Below are positions 51,601-64,000 of a stretch of 64,000 nucleotides of DNA, one piece after another; positions within the stretch are counted from its first letter, which is position 1; each line of letters begins with the position of its first letter. Source of the stretch: Mobula hypostoma (taxonomy: Eukaryota); assembly GCF_963921235.1 (NCBI RefSeq), contig NC_086104.1, forward strand, positions 81,778,001 through 81,842,000, read 5' to 3'. The translations under genes and the position numbers were made by a program. The notes beneath the pieces are model-generated. The model saw nothing but the letters and a program-made list of their open reading frames with translations, was not told the DNA's origin and did not search any database.

Positions 51601-51979
51601 ATGTCATTAGAAATCACAATGTACATTTTTCATTAAGCAAGATAATTTGTATAGAATCCTCTCCCTCTTAAAGCCTGTTCAAATCACTTTGAATAATTTT
51701 AATTTCCACTTTCCCCTTTATGTCAATGGTGATCTTGATGCACTATGTACCACACTAATAACATAAGCAAGTGAACAGAATTGGAGAATTAAATGAAATG
51801 ATGGCAAACAGCGAGCTAATAGATGATATTGAAATGACAAGCAGCCTAAGTTATTGCTTGTGTCAATTGTAATTATGCTCACCACACAATTAAGTAAAGT
51901 AACTTCCTTAACAATTGTTGAATGGCATCATACAACTAATTATCCACCTGCATGAAGATGAGAGGTCAACTTAAGCTGG

Positions 51980-52127
51980 AGGGGGGGGTGGTGGGGACTA
52001 ACATTTAACTGTCATTCATTTTTTCGGGGACACTCCTCTGTTTTTGTGGATCGTTGCGAAGAAAAAGCATTTCAGGATATATATTGTATACATTTCTCTG
52101 ACATTAAATATACCTTTGAAACCTTTG
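51980..52127 (+). mobile_element. 5'-truncated family C copy
   Basis: Matches about 25325-25470 (ACATTTAACTGT...GAAAAAGCATTTCAGGAT...CCTTTGAAACCTTTGA). Confidence 0.75.
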
Positions 52128-52569
52128 AGTTGGGGGCCGATCAGTTGTCTCACACTATTGCAGAGTCAAAATAACCATCAGGGATCCAGACTGAGAATGG
52201 AGAGGGGTAATTAAAGTAGAAACGGACAAGAAGGCACCTTGAAACATTATGCAAGCGGTTGGTAAACTCGTAGCTTAAGTCCCCAAAATAAAGGAGTCCA
52301 GAGTGTGAACAGCAAATACAGCGTAATTCACATGTTTCATTTAAAGTCCTGCTTCATATGGATATCAAATATGGTCCTGGACGTTAGAAATGGAGTGAGT
52401 ATTTTGAACAGTAAGTATTTCAGGGGAGACTCTACCATTTAAACAAAATCCACCACACATAGTTGACCATCATCAGTATTTATGAGAGTTGGCCAGAATA
52501 CAGAAGAAGAAATCAGTGCAACAACTTGCATTTATATAGTATCCTTAAAACATTAAAAATCCCAAAGGA

Positions 52570-52910
52570 ACCATGAAAGAATGCAGAAGCTGGAATACGG
52601 AGCAAAGTACAAGCCAGCAGAACTCAACGGTTCAAACAGCTTGTGTGGAGGCAAAGGAACAATTGATGTCTTGGGTCAAGACCCTCCAACAGGACTGAGA
52701 AGGTGGAAGGAGAATAGCCAGTAGATGGAAGTGAGAAGGAGGGGTGAGACAGAGGCTGGCAAGTGATAGGTGGAACCTGATGAGTAAAAGTGATGGGCTG
52801 ATGGAGTCAGGTGTGTTTGTGAGGGTGTGGGGGAGGTGGAAATTGATGAGTATAGGTAATGATGAAGGGGGAGAGGGAAAAGGTGAACAAAGGGAGAGAG
52901 ATCATGGCCG
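52570..52910 (-). mobile_element. Degenerate Penelope 3'-end fragment
   Basis: Diverged version of the terminal repeat followed by the purine-rich block also seen at 4560-4800 and 45600-45740. Confidence 0.6.
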
Positions 52911-52954
52911 TACTGATGGGGTGGATATCATTCAGTAGCACTTACATCCACAGT

Positions 52955-53750
52955 GATGTAGTGTTTTGACAGGTTGGTGTTGAAACTTATTAACTCCTGC
53001 TTAAGAAGTGACTATGATCTGCTCCAATTTGCCTACCGGAGCAACAGGTCTACAGCAGATGCCATATCATTGGCTCTTCACTCAACCCTGGAACATCTGG
53101 TTAGCAAAGTTGCATACATCAGGATGCTCTTTATCAGTTACAGTTCAGTATTCACTGCCATCATCCCCTCAAAACTAGTCAATAGGCCTCAAGACCTTGG
53201 CCTCAATACCTCCTTGTTCAATTGGATTCTGGATTTGCTCACTTGCAGACCCCAATCAGTTCAAGTTGGCAACTATATCTCCCCCATGACCTCCATCAGC
53301 ACAGGTGCACCACAAGACTGTGTGCTTAGCCCCCTGCTCTACTCACTTTACAATTATGACTGTGTGGCTAAGCACAGGTCAATGCCATATTCAAGTTTGC
53401 TGACAACACCACTGGCATGATTACCCTCAACCAACATGCTCTTGAACCATAGGGGATAACTTCACTCAGCTTCACTTGCCCCATCACTGAAATGTTCCCA
53501 CAAACTATGAACTCACTTTCATCTCATATTCTTGATATTTATTGCATATTTATTTTTATTTATTTCTTATTGTGTTTGTACAGTTTGTTGTCTTTTGCAC
53601 ACTGGTTAAATGCCTAAGTTAGTGCAGTCTTTCATTAATTCTATTATGGTTATTAATCTATTATGGATTTATTGAGTATGACCGCAAGAAAATAAATCTC
53701 AGGGTTGTATATTTACCTTGACAATAAATTTACTTTGAACTTTGAACTTT
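52955..53750 (+). mobile_element. Rex1/Babar LINE fragment with internal deletion
   Basis: DLLQFAYRSNRSTADAI...GAPQDCVLSPLLYSLY, joined at ~53420 directly to a 3' UTR ending ACTTTGAACTTTGAAC. Confidence 0.85.
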
Positions 53751-54466
53751 TAAAGAACAAAGGGGTAGTGGGCAGAGTGCTGGTTCTCCATGAAACGATA
53801 ACCTGGTCAGTGCTTGTTCTCACCAAAACAAAAATACCAACATGCTTTGCAGAAGTTTTGTCAGACACAATATAACATCATGTCATTAAAGGAGACATTA
53901 GGATTGACAACTAAAGATTTCATGAAGGAGGTCGATTTTAAGGAAAGTCTTACAGGAGGCAAGAGTTTAAGAGAGGTTTTGAAAAGGAATTCCTGATCCT
54001 GGGGCCTTGGCAACAGGAACCATCACCGCCAAACAAGAAGATATTATTTTCTCAACACCGGAGTTCAAAATCATAGAATAATACAGCATAGAAACACGCA
54101 TCAAGCCTAATCTGTCCACACTGATTGAGATGCCCATCTAGGCATGGTCCCAATTGGCCATGTTACCCATTGTACATGGCCTATCAGCAGCGTCAACAGA
54201 GCTTTACCAACAAGGATTTCTCACAGGTCAGCGGCGGTTATTTAAAAAGGGAGCTTCAAAAGCGCTTGCCCAGTGTATGTAGCCTATCAGCAGTTATAAC
54301 TGGAGCACTAATTGTGAGATAGTTAACAAGGAAGGTTCAGGCATAAAAGGGAGACACTGCCTAGCGGAGCGGTCATCAACAGAGTGATCTGAGGTAGAGT
54401 TTAGGGCTTTGGCTCATTTGGGCTTCGGCAATAATGGGTCAAGGTGAGGTAAGTTACCTGTGAGGA

Positions 54467-55394
54467 ATGGAAACAGGAAGTACGTCTGTGAGGACAGTGT
54501 TCTGCACTGGTTGTCAGATCTGGGAAGTCCGGGAGACTCCCAGCCCCCCGGACGGCCATATCTGCGCCAGGTGCATCGAGCTGCAGCTCCTCAGGGACCA
54601 CGTTAGGCAACTGGAGATGCAGCTCGATGACCTTCGTCTGGTCAGGGAGACAGAGAGGAGCTATAGGCAAGTAGTCACACAGGGGCCTTGGGAGACAGAT
54701 AAGTGAGTAACAGTCAGGAAAGGAAAGGGCAGGAGTCAGATACTAGAGAGTACCCTGTGGCTGGCCCCCTTAACTATAAGTACTCCTGTTTGAGTATTGT
54801 TGGGGAGGATGGCCTACGTGGGGGAAGCCACAGTGGCCGCGCCTCTGGCGCAGACTCTGGCTCTGTGGCTCAGAAGGGTAGGGAAAGGAAGAGGATGGCA
54901 GTAGTGATAGGCGACTCTATAGTTAGGGGACAGACAGGTGATTCTGTGGACGCAGGAAAGAAACGCAGATGGTAGTTTGCCTCCCAGGTGCCAGGGTCTG
55001 GGATCACGTCCATGATATCCTGAATCGAAAAGGTGAACAGCCAGAGGTCCTGGTACATATTGGTACTAACAACATAGGCAGAAAAAGGCAGGAGGTCCTG
55101 AAAACAGACTACAGGAAGTTAGGAAGGAAGTTGAGTAGCAGGACCACAAAGGTAGTCATCTCGGGATTACTGCCTGTGCCACGTGACAGTGAGTACAGGA
55201 ATAGAGTGAGGTGGAGGATAAATACGTGGCTGAGGGATTGGAGCAAGGGGCAGGGACTCAGATTTCTGGATCATTGGGACCTCTTTTGGGGCAGGAGTGA
55301 CCTGTACAAAAAGAACGGGTTGCATTTGAATCCGAGGGGGACAAATATCCTGGCGGGGAGTTTTGCTAAGGCTATTGGAGAGAGTTTAAACTAG
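54467..55394 (+). pseudogene. CR1 ORF1: zinc finger/leucine zipper plus SGNH (GDSL) esterase, frameshifted
   Basis: CTGCQ...HICARCIELQLLRDHVRQLEMQLDDL; VIGDSIVRG, CLPGARV, VHIGTNN, GLHLNPRG. Confidence 0.9.
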
Positions 55395-55529
55395 AATTGC
55401 TGGGGGGTGGGAACCGAACTAGAGAGATGGAGGAAGGGGCAGTTGACTCACAAATTGAGAAAGCTTGGAGACAGTGCGGGAGGGAGGATAGGCAGGTGAT
55501 AGAGAAGGGACGCGCTCAGACTGATAGTT

Positions 55530-58058
55530 TGAGATGTGTCTATTTTAATGCAAGAAGCATCATGAACAAAGCAGATGAGCTAAGAGTGTGGATCAGTACT
55601 TGGAACTATAATGTTGTGGCCATTACAGAGACTTAGATGGCTCAGGGGCAGGAATGGTTACTTAAGCTGCCCAGATTTAGATGTTTCAGAAAGGACAGGG
55701 AGGGAGGCAAAAGAGGTGGGGGCGTGGCACTGTTGATCAGAGATAGTGTCATGGCTGCAGAAAAGGAAGAAGTCATAGAGGGATTGTCTACTCAGTCTCT
55801 GTAGGTGGAAGTTAGGAACAGTCAATATCTCTACTGGGTGTTTTTTATAGTCCACCCAATAGTAACAGGAACATCGAGGAGCAGATAGGGAGACAGATTC
55901 TGGAAAGGTGTAATAATAACAGGGTTGTTGTGGTGGGAGATTTTAATTTCCCAAAAGTTGATTGGCATCTCCCTAGAGCAAAGGGTTTAGATGGGGTGGA
56001 GTTTGTTAGGTGTGTACAGGACCGATTCCTGACAATTCTATCTCTTTTACCATAGCATTAGAGAGGGATAGGAACAGACAAGTTAGGAAAGCGTTTAATT
56101 GGAGTAAGGGGAAACAGGAAGCGATCAGGCAGGAACTTGCAAGCATAAATAGGGAACAGATATTCTCAGGGAAATGTACAGCAGAAAAGTGGCAAATGTT
56201 CAGGGGATATTTGAATGGTGTTCTGCATAGGTACATTCCAATAAGACAGGGAAAGGATGGTAGGGTACAGGAACAGTGGTGTACAAAGGCTGTTGAAAAC
56301 CTGGTCAAGAAAAAAAGAAAATCTTACAAAAGGTTCAAAAACCTAGGTAATGATAGAGATCTAGAAGATTATAAAGCTAGCAGGAAGGAGCTTAAGCGTG
56401 AAATTAGGAGAGCCAGAAGTGGCCATGAGAAGGCCTTGGCGAGCAGGATTAAGGAAAACCCCAAGGCATTCTACAAGTATGTGAAGAACAAGAGGATAAG
56501 ACATGAGAGAATAAGACCAATCAAGTGTGACAGTGGAAAAATGTGTATGGAACAGGAGGAGATAGTAGGGGTACTTAATAAATACTTTGCTTCAGTATTT
56601 ACTACGGAAAAGTACCATGGCAATTGTAGGGATAACTTACAATGGATTCAAAAGCTTGCACATACATCATTAAGAAAGAGGCTGTGCTGGAGCTTTTGGA
56701 AAGCATCAAGTTGGGTAAGTCTCTGGGACTGGATGAGATGTACCCCAGGCTGCTGTGGGAGGTGAGGGAGGAGATTGCTGAGCCCCTGACAATGATCTTT
56801 GCATCATCAATGGGAATGGGAGAGGTTCCACAGGATTGGAGGGTTGCAGATGTTGTTTCCTTATTCAAGAAAGTGAGTAGAGATAGCGCAGGAAATTATA
56901 GACCAGTAAGGCTTATTTCAGTGGTTTGTAAGTTGATGGAAAATATCTTGAAAGGCAGGATTATTGAACATTTGGAGAAGCATAATATGATTAGGAATAG
57001 TCAGCATGGCTTTGTGAAAGGCAGGTCGTGCCTTACGAGCTTGATTAAATTGATTAAGGATGTGACTAAACATGTTGATGAAGGTGGAGCAGTAGATGTA
57101 GTGTATATGGATTTCAGCAAGGCTTACTGAGAAAGCAAGGAGGCATGGGATCCATGGGGATCCTGCTTTGTGGATCCAAAATTGGCTTGCCCACACAAGG
57201 CAAAGAGTGGTTGTAGACAGGTCATATTCTGCATGGAGGTCGGTGACCAGAGGTGTGCCTCAGAGATCTGTTCTGGGACCCCTTCTCTTCATGATTATTA
57301 TAAATGACCTGGATGAGGAAGTGGAGGGATGGGTTAGTAAATTTGCTGATGACACAAAGTTTGGAGGTATTGTGGATAGTGTGGAGGCTGTCAGAGGTTA
57401 CAGTGGGACATTGATAGGATGCAAAACTGGGCTGAGAAGTGGCAGATGGAGTTCAACCCAGATAAGTGTGAGATGGTTCATTTTGGTAGGTCAAATATGA
57501 TGGCAGAATATAGTGTTAATGGTAAGACTCTTTGGCAGTGTGGTGGATCAGCGGGATCATGTGATCCGAGTTCATAGGGCACTCAAAGCTATTGCGAAGG
57601 TTGACTCTGTGCTTAAGAAGGCATACGGTGCATTGGCCTTCATCAATCGTGTAATTGAGTTTAAGAGCCGAGAGGTAACGTCACAGCTATATAGGACCCT
57701 GGTTGGACTCCACTTGGAGTACTGTGGTCAGTTCTAGTCGCCTCCCTACAGGAAGGATGTGGAAACCATTGAAAGGGTGCAGAGGAGATTTACAAGGATG
57801 TTGCCTGGTTTGGGGAGCATGCCTTATGAGAATAGGTTGAGTGAACTCGGCCTTTTCTCCATGGACCGACAGAGGATGAGGTGTGAGCTGATAGAGGCGT
57901 ATAAGATGATGAGAGGCATTGATCGTGTGGATAGTCAGAGGCTTTTTCCCAGGGCTGAAATGTCTAATACGAGAGGGCACAGTTTTAAGGTGCTTGAATA
58001 TAGGTATGGAGGAGATGCCAGGGGTAAGTTTTTTACACAGAGAGTGGTGAGTGTGTAG
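55530..58058 (+). pseudogene. CR1 ORF2: APE endonuclease plus reverse transcriptase, disrupted
   Basis: CVYFNARSI, VVAITET, GDFNFP, KENPKAFYKYV, NYRPV.LISVVCK, VYMDFSKA, GVPQ.SVLGPLLF, SKFADDTK, HLEYC, TRGHSFK; several stops and frameshifts. Confidence 0.93.
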
Positions 58059-59004
58059 AATGGGCTGCTGGCAATGGTGGTGAAGATGAATACGATAGCG
58101 TCTTTTAGGAGACTCCTGGATAGGTACATGGAGCTTAGAAAAATAGAGGGCTATGGGTAACCCTAGGTAATTTCTAAAGTAAGTACATGTTCGGCACAGC
58201 ATTGTGGGCCAAAGAGCCTGTATTGTGCTGTAGATTTTGTATGTTTCTATGTTTCTATTTTCTTGTAAAACTTTCTTATCCATTTAAGTACTGTAAATTC
58301 CATTTAAGATTTGTACTGCTAGAAGAATTTACAAGGAAAGTAAAAGGTAGCAGTGTGAACTGCAATTAAAAATGAAAAGGCAATGCCACAATTGCAAATA
58401 AGAATGAAAATCATTAACTAGACAGACTATTTAACAAAGGGACAAAGTAGACCAGCATGTACAGTAACAGTTCGCAAGGTGACTTTGTGCTGGTTAAGGC
58501 ACATGCAGGAGGGGTTCAGATGGTCCTCAACTCTCTAAAAGTGACCTGGGAGTTTTTACTGCTGCTCACAAAATGATGAGTCACCTCAATGCAAGATAAA
58601 GAATGCAAGTCAAGCAGATCAGTGGGCACTAAAACTATTGTCTGCATACCCCCAATCTGATCTGCAGACCTATCAATAGCTCCCTTCTGAAGGATTCACA
58701 CACTTCATTGAATCACTAAACTTTTGTTACCTTTGAGAATGAATCACAGCTTCATCTGTAACCTCATCAAAAAATGAAAGGAACATGGTATGGGGCTTCA
58801 AGATGACCCAAAGCACATTTGTAGCATAGTCGTTGTCAGGACATGTAAAATAAAAAGCCAACAACCCTTGGATAGCAAAGATTTCGTTTGCAGGAAATTA
58901 GTCTGAACCCTGGGAAGGATTCCCCTACTCATATTTCATGGCATGCATTTAGCCAAGGCTGACCTCCAGATACTTACTGCTTCTAATGTAAACCACTGCT
59001 CAGC

Positions 59005-60720
59005 GAGATGAACCAGGAGATTTATAGACTGCTGAAGGCTCGGTCTGTGGCATTCAAGACTGACGATCCAGAACTGTATAAGTGGTCCCAATACGACCTA
59101 CAGGAGGCTATTTTAAGAACAAAAAAACAATTCCGCTTGAAGGTAGAGACAGAATCTGATGCACATCAGCTCTGGCAGGATTTGCAGGCCGTTACTCCAT
59201 ACAAAGCAAAGCCTAGCATCATGAATGCTGTGATGCTTCGCTCCCAGCTGAGCCCAACACCTTTTTGCACTCTTTGGAAGGGAGAATAAAACAACACCTG
59301 TGAGAATCCCTGCAGCATCTGGTGACCCTGTCATCTCTGTCATCAGAACGTTTTTCAATACGGCAAACCTCGCAAGGTGTCAAGACCTGATGGTGTACTT
59401 AGTAGGGCACTGAAAAACTGTTCCAACCAACTGCCGGGAGTGTTCAAGGACATCTGCATACTCTCACTGCTGCAGTTGGAGATTCCCACCAGCTACAAAA
59501 AGGTGTTCATACAGTGCCCAAACGGGCAGGGTGAGCTGCCTCAATGACTAGCACTCAATTGCACTAGTCATAGCAAGAATCATCTCCTCCCTAAGCAAGT
59601 ACCTTGACCCACTGCAATTTGCCTATTGCCACAATAGCTCTGCACTGGATGCAGTCTCACTGGCTCTGCACCCAGCCTTGGATCACCTGGACAATCGCAA
59701 CACCTACAGTATGTCAGTCTGCTGTTTATTGAATACAGCTCAACATTCAACTCAATCTAATTCTAATCATCAGTTCTAATTAGATCAGTTTTAATCAAGA
59801 AGCTCCAGAACCGGGGCCTTTGCACCTCCATCTGCAAATGTATCCTTGACTTCCTCAATGGGAGACCACAGTCACTACAGGTCAGAAATAACATCTAATC
59901 CTCACTGGCAATGAACACTGGCACACCTCAGGGATGTGTGCTTAGCCCATTGCTCTACTCTTCTAAACCCATGACTGATTGGCTAAGCGCAGTTCAAACA
60001 CCATCTATAAATTTGCCAATGATACAACTATTGTTCGCAGAACTTCAGATGGTGATGAGAGGGCATACAGGGGTGAAGTAGATCAGCTGGTTGAGTGGTG
60101 TTGCAGCCACAAACTTGCACTCAACATCAGTAAGACCAAGGAATTGATTGTGGACTTCAGGAAGTGGACGTCAAGGGAACACACACCAGTCCTCATCATG
60201 AGATCAGCAATGGAAAGTCTCAACTTCCTGGGTGTCAAAATCACTGAAGGTCTATCCCGTGCCCAACATATTAATGCAATGACAAAGAGGGGACACCAGC
60301 AGCTATATTTTATGAGGAGTTTGAGGAGACTTGGTATGTCACCAAAGACTCTCACAAATTTCAACAGATGTAGCATGCGGAGCATTCAAAATATTTGCAT
60401 CACTGTCTTGGAGGGGCTACTGCACAGGATCGGAAAAAGCTGCTGAATGTTGTCAACTCAGCCAGCTCCATCCTGGGCACTAGCTGCCCCAGCATCAAGG
60501 ATGCCTACAAAAGACGATGCCTCAAAAAGGCGGCATCTATCATTAGGGATCCCCATCATCCAGCGCATGCCCTCTTCTCATTGCTACCATCAAGGAGGAG
60601 GTACAGAAGCCTGATGCCACACAATCAGCATTTCAGGAACAGCTTTTCCTCTGTTGTCAGATTTCTGAATGGACAATGAACTCTCACTATTTCTCTGCAA
60701 CCTTTTTATCACTACTTATT
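59005..60720 (+). mobile_element. Rex1/Babar LINE, 5'-truncated, RT region
   Basis: MNQEIYRLLKARSVAF, DPLQFAY, GTPQGCVLSPLLYS, YKFANDTTIV, LNISKTKELIVDFRK, CLKKAASIIRDPHHP...LPSRRRYRSL. Confidence 0.9.
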
Positions 60721-60734
60721 TAACTTAATATCTT

Positions 60735-61925
60735 CACACCCCAGGACCTGACAAGGTGTTCCCTCGGACACTGTGAGAGGCTAGTGCAGAAATTGCAGGA
60801 ACCCTTGAAGAGATACTTAAACCATCATTAGCCACGGGTGAGATGCTAGATGATTGGAGGATAGCTAACATTGTTCTGCTCTTTAGAAAAGGGCCTAAGA
60901 ATAAACCCGGAAATTATAGGCCGGTGAGCCTGACATCAGTCGTGTTAAATTTATTGGGAAGTATTCTAAGGATCCTGATATACTAGTAATTGAATAGAAA
61001 GGGACTGATTAGGGATAGTCAACATGCATAGTTGGTTGTGTCTAACCAATCTTAAAGAGTTTTACAAGGAAGTTACCAGGAAAGTTGATGAAGGCAAGAC
61101 AGTGGATGTTGTCTACGTAGACCTTAGCAAGGCTTTTGACAAGGTCCTGCATGGAAGTTCAAAAAGATTCAGTCGCTTGGCATTCAATATGAGGTAGTAA
61201 ATTGGATTAGATATTGGCTCCGCAGGAGAAGTCAGAATATTGTTACAGATTGTTGCCTCTCTGGCTGAAGGCCTGTGGCTAGTGATGTGCCACCGGGATC
61301 GGCACTGAGACCATTGTTGTCTGTCATCTATATCGACGATCTGTATGATAATCTGCTAAACTGTTTCAGCAAATATGTGGATGACACCAAGAGCGGGGGT
61401 GTAGTGGACAGCAAGGAACACTTTTAAAGCTTGCAGTGGGAACTGGACCAGCTGGAAAAATGGGCTGAAAAATGGCAGATGGAATTTAATGCAGACAAGT
61501 GTGAGGTGTTGAACTTTGGGAGGACGACCAGAGTAGGTTTACATGGTGTGTGGTAAGGCACTGAGGAATGCACTAGAACAGAAGGATCTGGGAATACAGA
61601 TCCATAATTCATTGAAAGTGCTAGCACAGGTAGATATGGTCATAAAGAAAGCCTTTGGTACATTGTCACATTGGCCTTCATAAATCAGTGTATTGAGTAC
61701 AGGAATTGGGATGTTAAATTGAAATTATATAAGACATTGGTGAGGTCTAATTTGGAATATTGTGTCCAGCTTTGGTCATCTACCTACAGGAAAGATGTAA
61801 ATAAGATTGAAAGAGTACAGACCTTAAGGACCTGAGTTATTGGGAAAGGTTGAATAGGTTAGAACTTTATTTCCTAGAATGAAGAAGATTGAGGGGAGAT
61901 TTGATAGAGGTATACAAAATTATAC
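60735..61925 (+). mobile_element. CR1 LINE RT fragment, decayed
   Basis: GNYRPVSLTSV, VDVVYVDLSKAFDKV, SKYVDDTK, WAEKWQMEFNADKCEV, LEYCVQLWS. Confidence 0.88.
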
Positions 61926-61926
61926 G

Positions 61927-62260
61927 GGTAGCAGGATGGAGATACATCTTTACCAAAGGAGGTGTAAGGTGCTCCTTCCCTCCGCTAGCCTGCAGGTCAC
62001 CCTTTGGGCAAGATACAGCACCTGCTTAGTCCCGATCAGGGTCACAGGGCCTTGGGAGCAGGTGGTGAATGGTTGTATGAGCAGCCGGTGCAGATCACAA
62101 GTACTAGTTATGCAAACATTGACGCCAGGCAGACAATCATTGAAGGGTATTGATAATGGTTGGGGTCACCCATCTTGTAAAGCCACTGCCAAGAAGGCGG
62201 CAATGGCAAACCACTTCTGTAGAAAAATTTGCCAAGGACAATCATGATCATGGAAAGACC
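61927..62260 (+). mobile_element. Short interspersed element, possibly RTE-related and non-autonomous
   Basis: GC-balanced block abruptly replacing the CR1 fragment; contains GGCAATGGCAAACCACTTCTGTA, similar to the RTE 5'/3' UTR motif. Single copy in the window. Confidence 0.5.
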
Positions 62261-63029
62261 AGTTCAACTTTAATTATCTTTCAACCATGCATGAATATAG
62301 CCAAACAAAACAGCATTGATAATGCCTCTGGAGCCAAAGGGCAAAACACTTTAGCAACAGCACACAGCACATTGTGCATAGTATGTATGGTGTCAATAGC
62401 AGAAAAGCATACAGTCAGAAAGAGAAAATACATAGCCCCAACTCCCTGGTTAGCATGGCCTGTTGATTGATGGCAGGTTGGCCTGGTTCGGCTTGTTCTT
62501 TCACTAAGCGAACACCGGAGGGGCCAAACCCCCAACCCAGTATGGATTTCTGCACAGCCACAGAGGTCTCTATTCTCTCCCACACTGCTTCCAGCCTCTC
62601 CTCCGCTGGTGGCTGCAACAGGGCAACCCATGGCACAAGGGCCAAGTCCTTGCCACAACTGAGGCAGCACCGCTCCCCCGCTTTCCATCTCACTAACAAA
62701 CCAGTGAACCAGACTTGCCGTATTCTATATTACCAACATCCAACAAGAGTCTTGCAATCACAATAAAAACGTCCAAGACAATCACTCACACCACGCACCT
62801 CTTCAGCACAACAGTAGGTAACAAATCCAGGTGACAATACAACAGCGGTACGCAACAAGTCCAGCTCCATCGCTATCGAGTACTGCAGGATGCTCCTGCG
62901 GTACTTGACGTCCTTAGTATCCAGTAGTGTCTTGTAATTGTAAAAGCAGACATAAAGGACGAACAATTACGACTTTAATTGGAACCAGAGTGACCGGTGT
63001 GTCCGAGTGCATTGCCATCTTACCAGAAG
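62261..63029 (-). mobile_element. Non-autonomous retroposon family B copy
   Basis: Minus strand starts CTTCTGGTAAGATGGC; same internal blocks and tail as 908-1615. Confidence 0.75.
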
Positions 63030-64000
63030 AGTGGAGGTGAGCACATTGGTAATATTTAAAAGCCATCTAGCTGTCTAGCATATGGGCCAGTTGAGGGCAG
63101 ATGCAACAAGATTCCTGGGCAAGATAGCTGGCAGGGACATATTGGGCTGAAGGGCCTGTGCCTTCACATACAGGCTTCAAGGCTTCACATAGTGAAGCAA
63201 CTGATTATGAGCTCATCTCTACCCAATCAGCCAGTTCTGAACTATATGTCTGTACATTGGATGACTGTTCTCTGTACAATCAGAGAGTGTATGTAGAGAG
63301 TTCCTGGTGAAGTGATTGGACTCTTCGACTCTTCTCCCACCTGTACATGTAAGAGTGACCAACGCTTCTCCTTGACATGAAGAGTGGACAGCATGAGTGA
63401 TTCTTTCCACCACAGCACCATGTACAAGTCACAGAGAAGGAAAAAGCCTACTCTGAATACCTCGAAATACCTCTTCAGAGATGCTTTACTTCCTGGACAG
63501 TGGCACCATCTGCTGTTAGCTTTTGGCCTTGATATCTCTATTTAATATTCATTTAGGTTTTAATGAGAACAAGGAAAACAACATTGCAGTGCCCTGTATA
63601 TAACACATTCTTCTTCACCACATATTTGACCACTTTCTTAACCAACAGCGTACAAAATGTATTTTGTCTGAAGCATTCTCAGTGGATGGACGGGAGAAGT
63701 TAAACACAAAAATGTGCCGAGAGTTACACTCCTACCCTCACAACCAAAGTTTAAATGGGCACAAATCAGCAGAATCAGTCATGTCCAAGGAAAATGCCAT
63801 ATCATTCATATAAATTATTAAGTAAAACCAAATATTTCTGGAAATATCTGGCATGTAGGTAGCATCAGCTGAAATTAATGTTACACACTGGAGACGTCAT
63901 CTAAAGATTCAGATAAAGAGTCTTGGATTTGAACTGTTAACTCTGTTTCTCCTTCCACCGTTGCTGCCTAACCTGCTGAGTGTTTCAAGCATTTTCTGAT

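Larger units (their letters stand above)
54180..58260 (+). mobile_element. Near full-length decayed CR1-clade LINE (HER1-like)
   Basis: ORF1 and ORF2 motifs in order; 3' UTR ends in (ATGTTTCT)n at about 58240-58258; 5' boundary approximate. Confidence 0.93.

Noticed and set aside
63501-63519. CTCF-like motif (ACAGCAGATGGTGCCA on the minus strand)
   Set aside because: Imperfect single match, expected by chance in 64 kb; needs ChIP data.

Overview
Eukaryotic, repeat-dominated, intron-like or intergenic DNA. The repeat complement (HE1/V-SINE cores, a HER1-like CR1 LINE, Rex1/Babar and RTE LINEs, Penelope terminal repeats) suggests a cartilaginous fish, probably a ray; this is inference. I recognise no host gene. 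Main contents: (1) a complete but decayed Gypsy LTR retrotransposon on the minus strand (31167-38762) with both LTRs, a tRNA-Leu(UAA) primer-binding site, a polypurine tract, gag and PR-RT-RH-IN, forming part of a four-level nested insertion; (2) a near full-length, mutated CR1 LINE (~54180-58260) with an esterase-type ORF1; (3) many 5'-truncated Rex1, CR1, RTE and L2 fragments, V-SINEs and a Tc1 derivative; (4) Penelope fragments and short fold-back Penelope-end insertions with 8-16 bp target-site duplications (TSDs) and a minimal hammerhead ribozyme motif; (5) at least three families of 650-900 bp non-autonomous retroposons that start with a YY1-like AAGATGG motif and end in Rex1-type tails. 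The families in (5) are the best candidate for a poorly described system, but I cannot confirm novelty without database searches. A speculative chain of minus-strand exons is also noted. Boundaries of decayed repeats are approximate and were aligned by eye.
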